A stretch of DNA of 64,000 nt, taken from contig MU053758.1 of the NCBI GenBank assembly GCA_013239625.1, positions 1,736,001 through 1,800,000 on the forward strand, written 5' to 3'. A program made the position numbers and the translations under genes. The DNA is from Lama guanicoe (lineage: Eukaryota). The notes beneath the pieces are model-generated. The model did not search any database and had not been told where the DNA came from. It saw nothing but the letters and a program-made list of their open reading frames with translations. Positions 62,553-64,000 of this stretch are shown here, piece by piece (within the stretch, counting starts at the first letter, position 1; the number at the start of each line of letters is the position of its first letter).

Positions 62553-64000
62553 GTGAGTTTCGTCTGCCAGGGTGTGAGTGGGTCAGTCAGCCAGGGTTTA
62601 GAGGGTGTGGGCTTCAGGCCAGGCCACTGCCTGGTGCTGGGAGGACAGACATGGAAGGAACTATGTCCCTGTCCTTGAGGAGCTCACCATTGGATGAGGA
62701 ATAAATTGAAGTACAGCCTGAGGCGTGTGAAATAGAGCTGAACCAAGTAGTCCACCACCCCAGAAGACAGAGCTCAGACCCTGCCTGTCCGAGTCTGGGA
62801 GGTTTTAAAGAGACAGCACTTAAACTGAGCCACCAATAAGAGCCAACATTTGTGGGGCTTAATGTGCCCCAGCCACTGTACTAAGTTCTTTACATGTGTC
62901 ATTTCATGTGATCCTTCCAACAACCCAAAGAACTAGGTGTACTATATATTCTCAGTTTAAAGATGAGTAAACTAAGGCCCTCTGCAGTTTTTTACTTACC
63001 TCACTGCAGGTGTATGAGATTCAGGACAGACAATCTGATTTGGAAGCTCCTTGGGAGCCTACCAAGCAAAGACAGAGAGAAAGGAATCCCAGGCAGGGTG
63101 ACTGGCATGGACAAAGTCCTGAGATGAGAGAGAGCTTTAGTAGGCAGGGTGTTCGGTAGGGAGGAGGCAGGAGATGAGGCACAAAAGCTCAAGTAGGGCC
63201 AGAGCTGGACTCGCTTCTTCCCCAGGTTCAGGGGCCCAAGGAGAGGCTGGAAAAGGGGTGCTATCCCATATTTGTGGAGAGACCTGCATGTTCTAGAAGT
63301 GGTGGGGTGTCCTGCAGATGTATGCTGTGGCCTGACTGGGAAAGCAGCTTGGACCTCAACCCCAGGCCACAGGCTTATAAGGCTGCTTATAAGCAAGAGG
63401 GTAACATGATCAGATTTGTTTTTCAGGAAGATTACCCTGGCAGCCACTGTGAAGCTGGAGCTGAAGGGCCAAGGCTGGCGGCTGGGAGACAGCTGCGGTG
63501 GGGCGGGGTTGGGTGGGGGGTGGTGAGGCTGGATTCTACAACCATTTCTAGGTAGACTTGCCTACATGTAGTGGGTGCTGAGAAGGAGTTGTTGAGGGTG
63601 GCACACAGGATCCAGGCCCTTGATGCTGGGTAGATGGGGCTTGAGCACCTGAGAGTGCTGTGAACTGGGGTGCAACAAACTTCTGTAGGGCCGGCATATG
63701 TCCTGGCCTGCCCTGGAGAGTCCCAGTTTGTGCTTGTTGCCTTGGTGTAATTATTAATAGCTGTCTCTTTCATTTTCAAAAGTATCTTGGTTTAGATCAT
63801 AAGTCATAGGGTCACCTTGGTTCAGGGTTCAATATTGACTTAAGACAAGGTAGGGAGCTCGGTTTGGTTTATAGGAGGTGCCGAGTGAGGGTGTTCAGAT
63901 TTAGGGGCTGTGAGACCCCCGGGGCAGGGTGGTTGTGGCAGCCTTAGCTGTGTAAGACTGGGGCTGGAGTCCCTGGTGCCCACTGCTAGGGAGCGATTTG

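Overview
Mammalian genomic DNA, probably camelid (about 10 copies of a tRNA-derived SINE resembling the camelid Vic family). It is syntenic to the human 17q12 EPOP-MIR4734-MLLT6 interval. Bases 1-17 kb are an AT-rich stack of old L1 fragments, LTRs and DNA transposons carrying two processed pseudogenes (RPS19 on +, inserted into L1 ORF2; RPL29 on -, with a TSD). From about 20 kb the sequence is GC-rich. It holds the intronless EPOP gene (36271-37410, -), a CpG island with a MIR4734-like hairpin (about 55.5 kb) and coding exons 1-6 of MLLT6/AF17 (PZP domain, 58822-62552, +). There are two N gaps. I found no clearly new biological system. The best leads are an unexplained block at 22.5-26 kb (phase-compatible minus-strand exon chain, degenerate 27-nt repeat, 16-bp E-box palindrome), a POU-motif cluster at 20.4 kb, uORFs at both genes, a competing MLLT6 exon-6 acceptor and divergent CTCF-like sites around EPOP. 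Gene and repeat names are from recall, not database searches; repeat boundaries are approximate.
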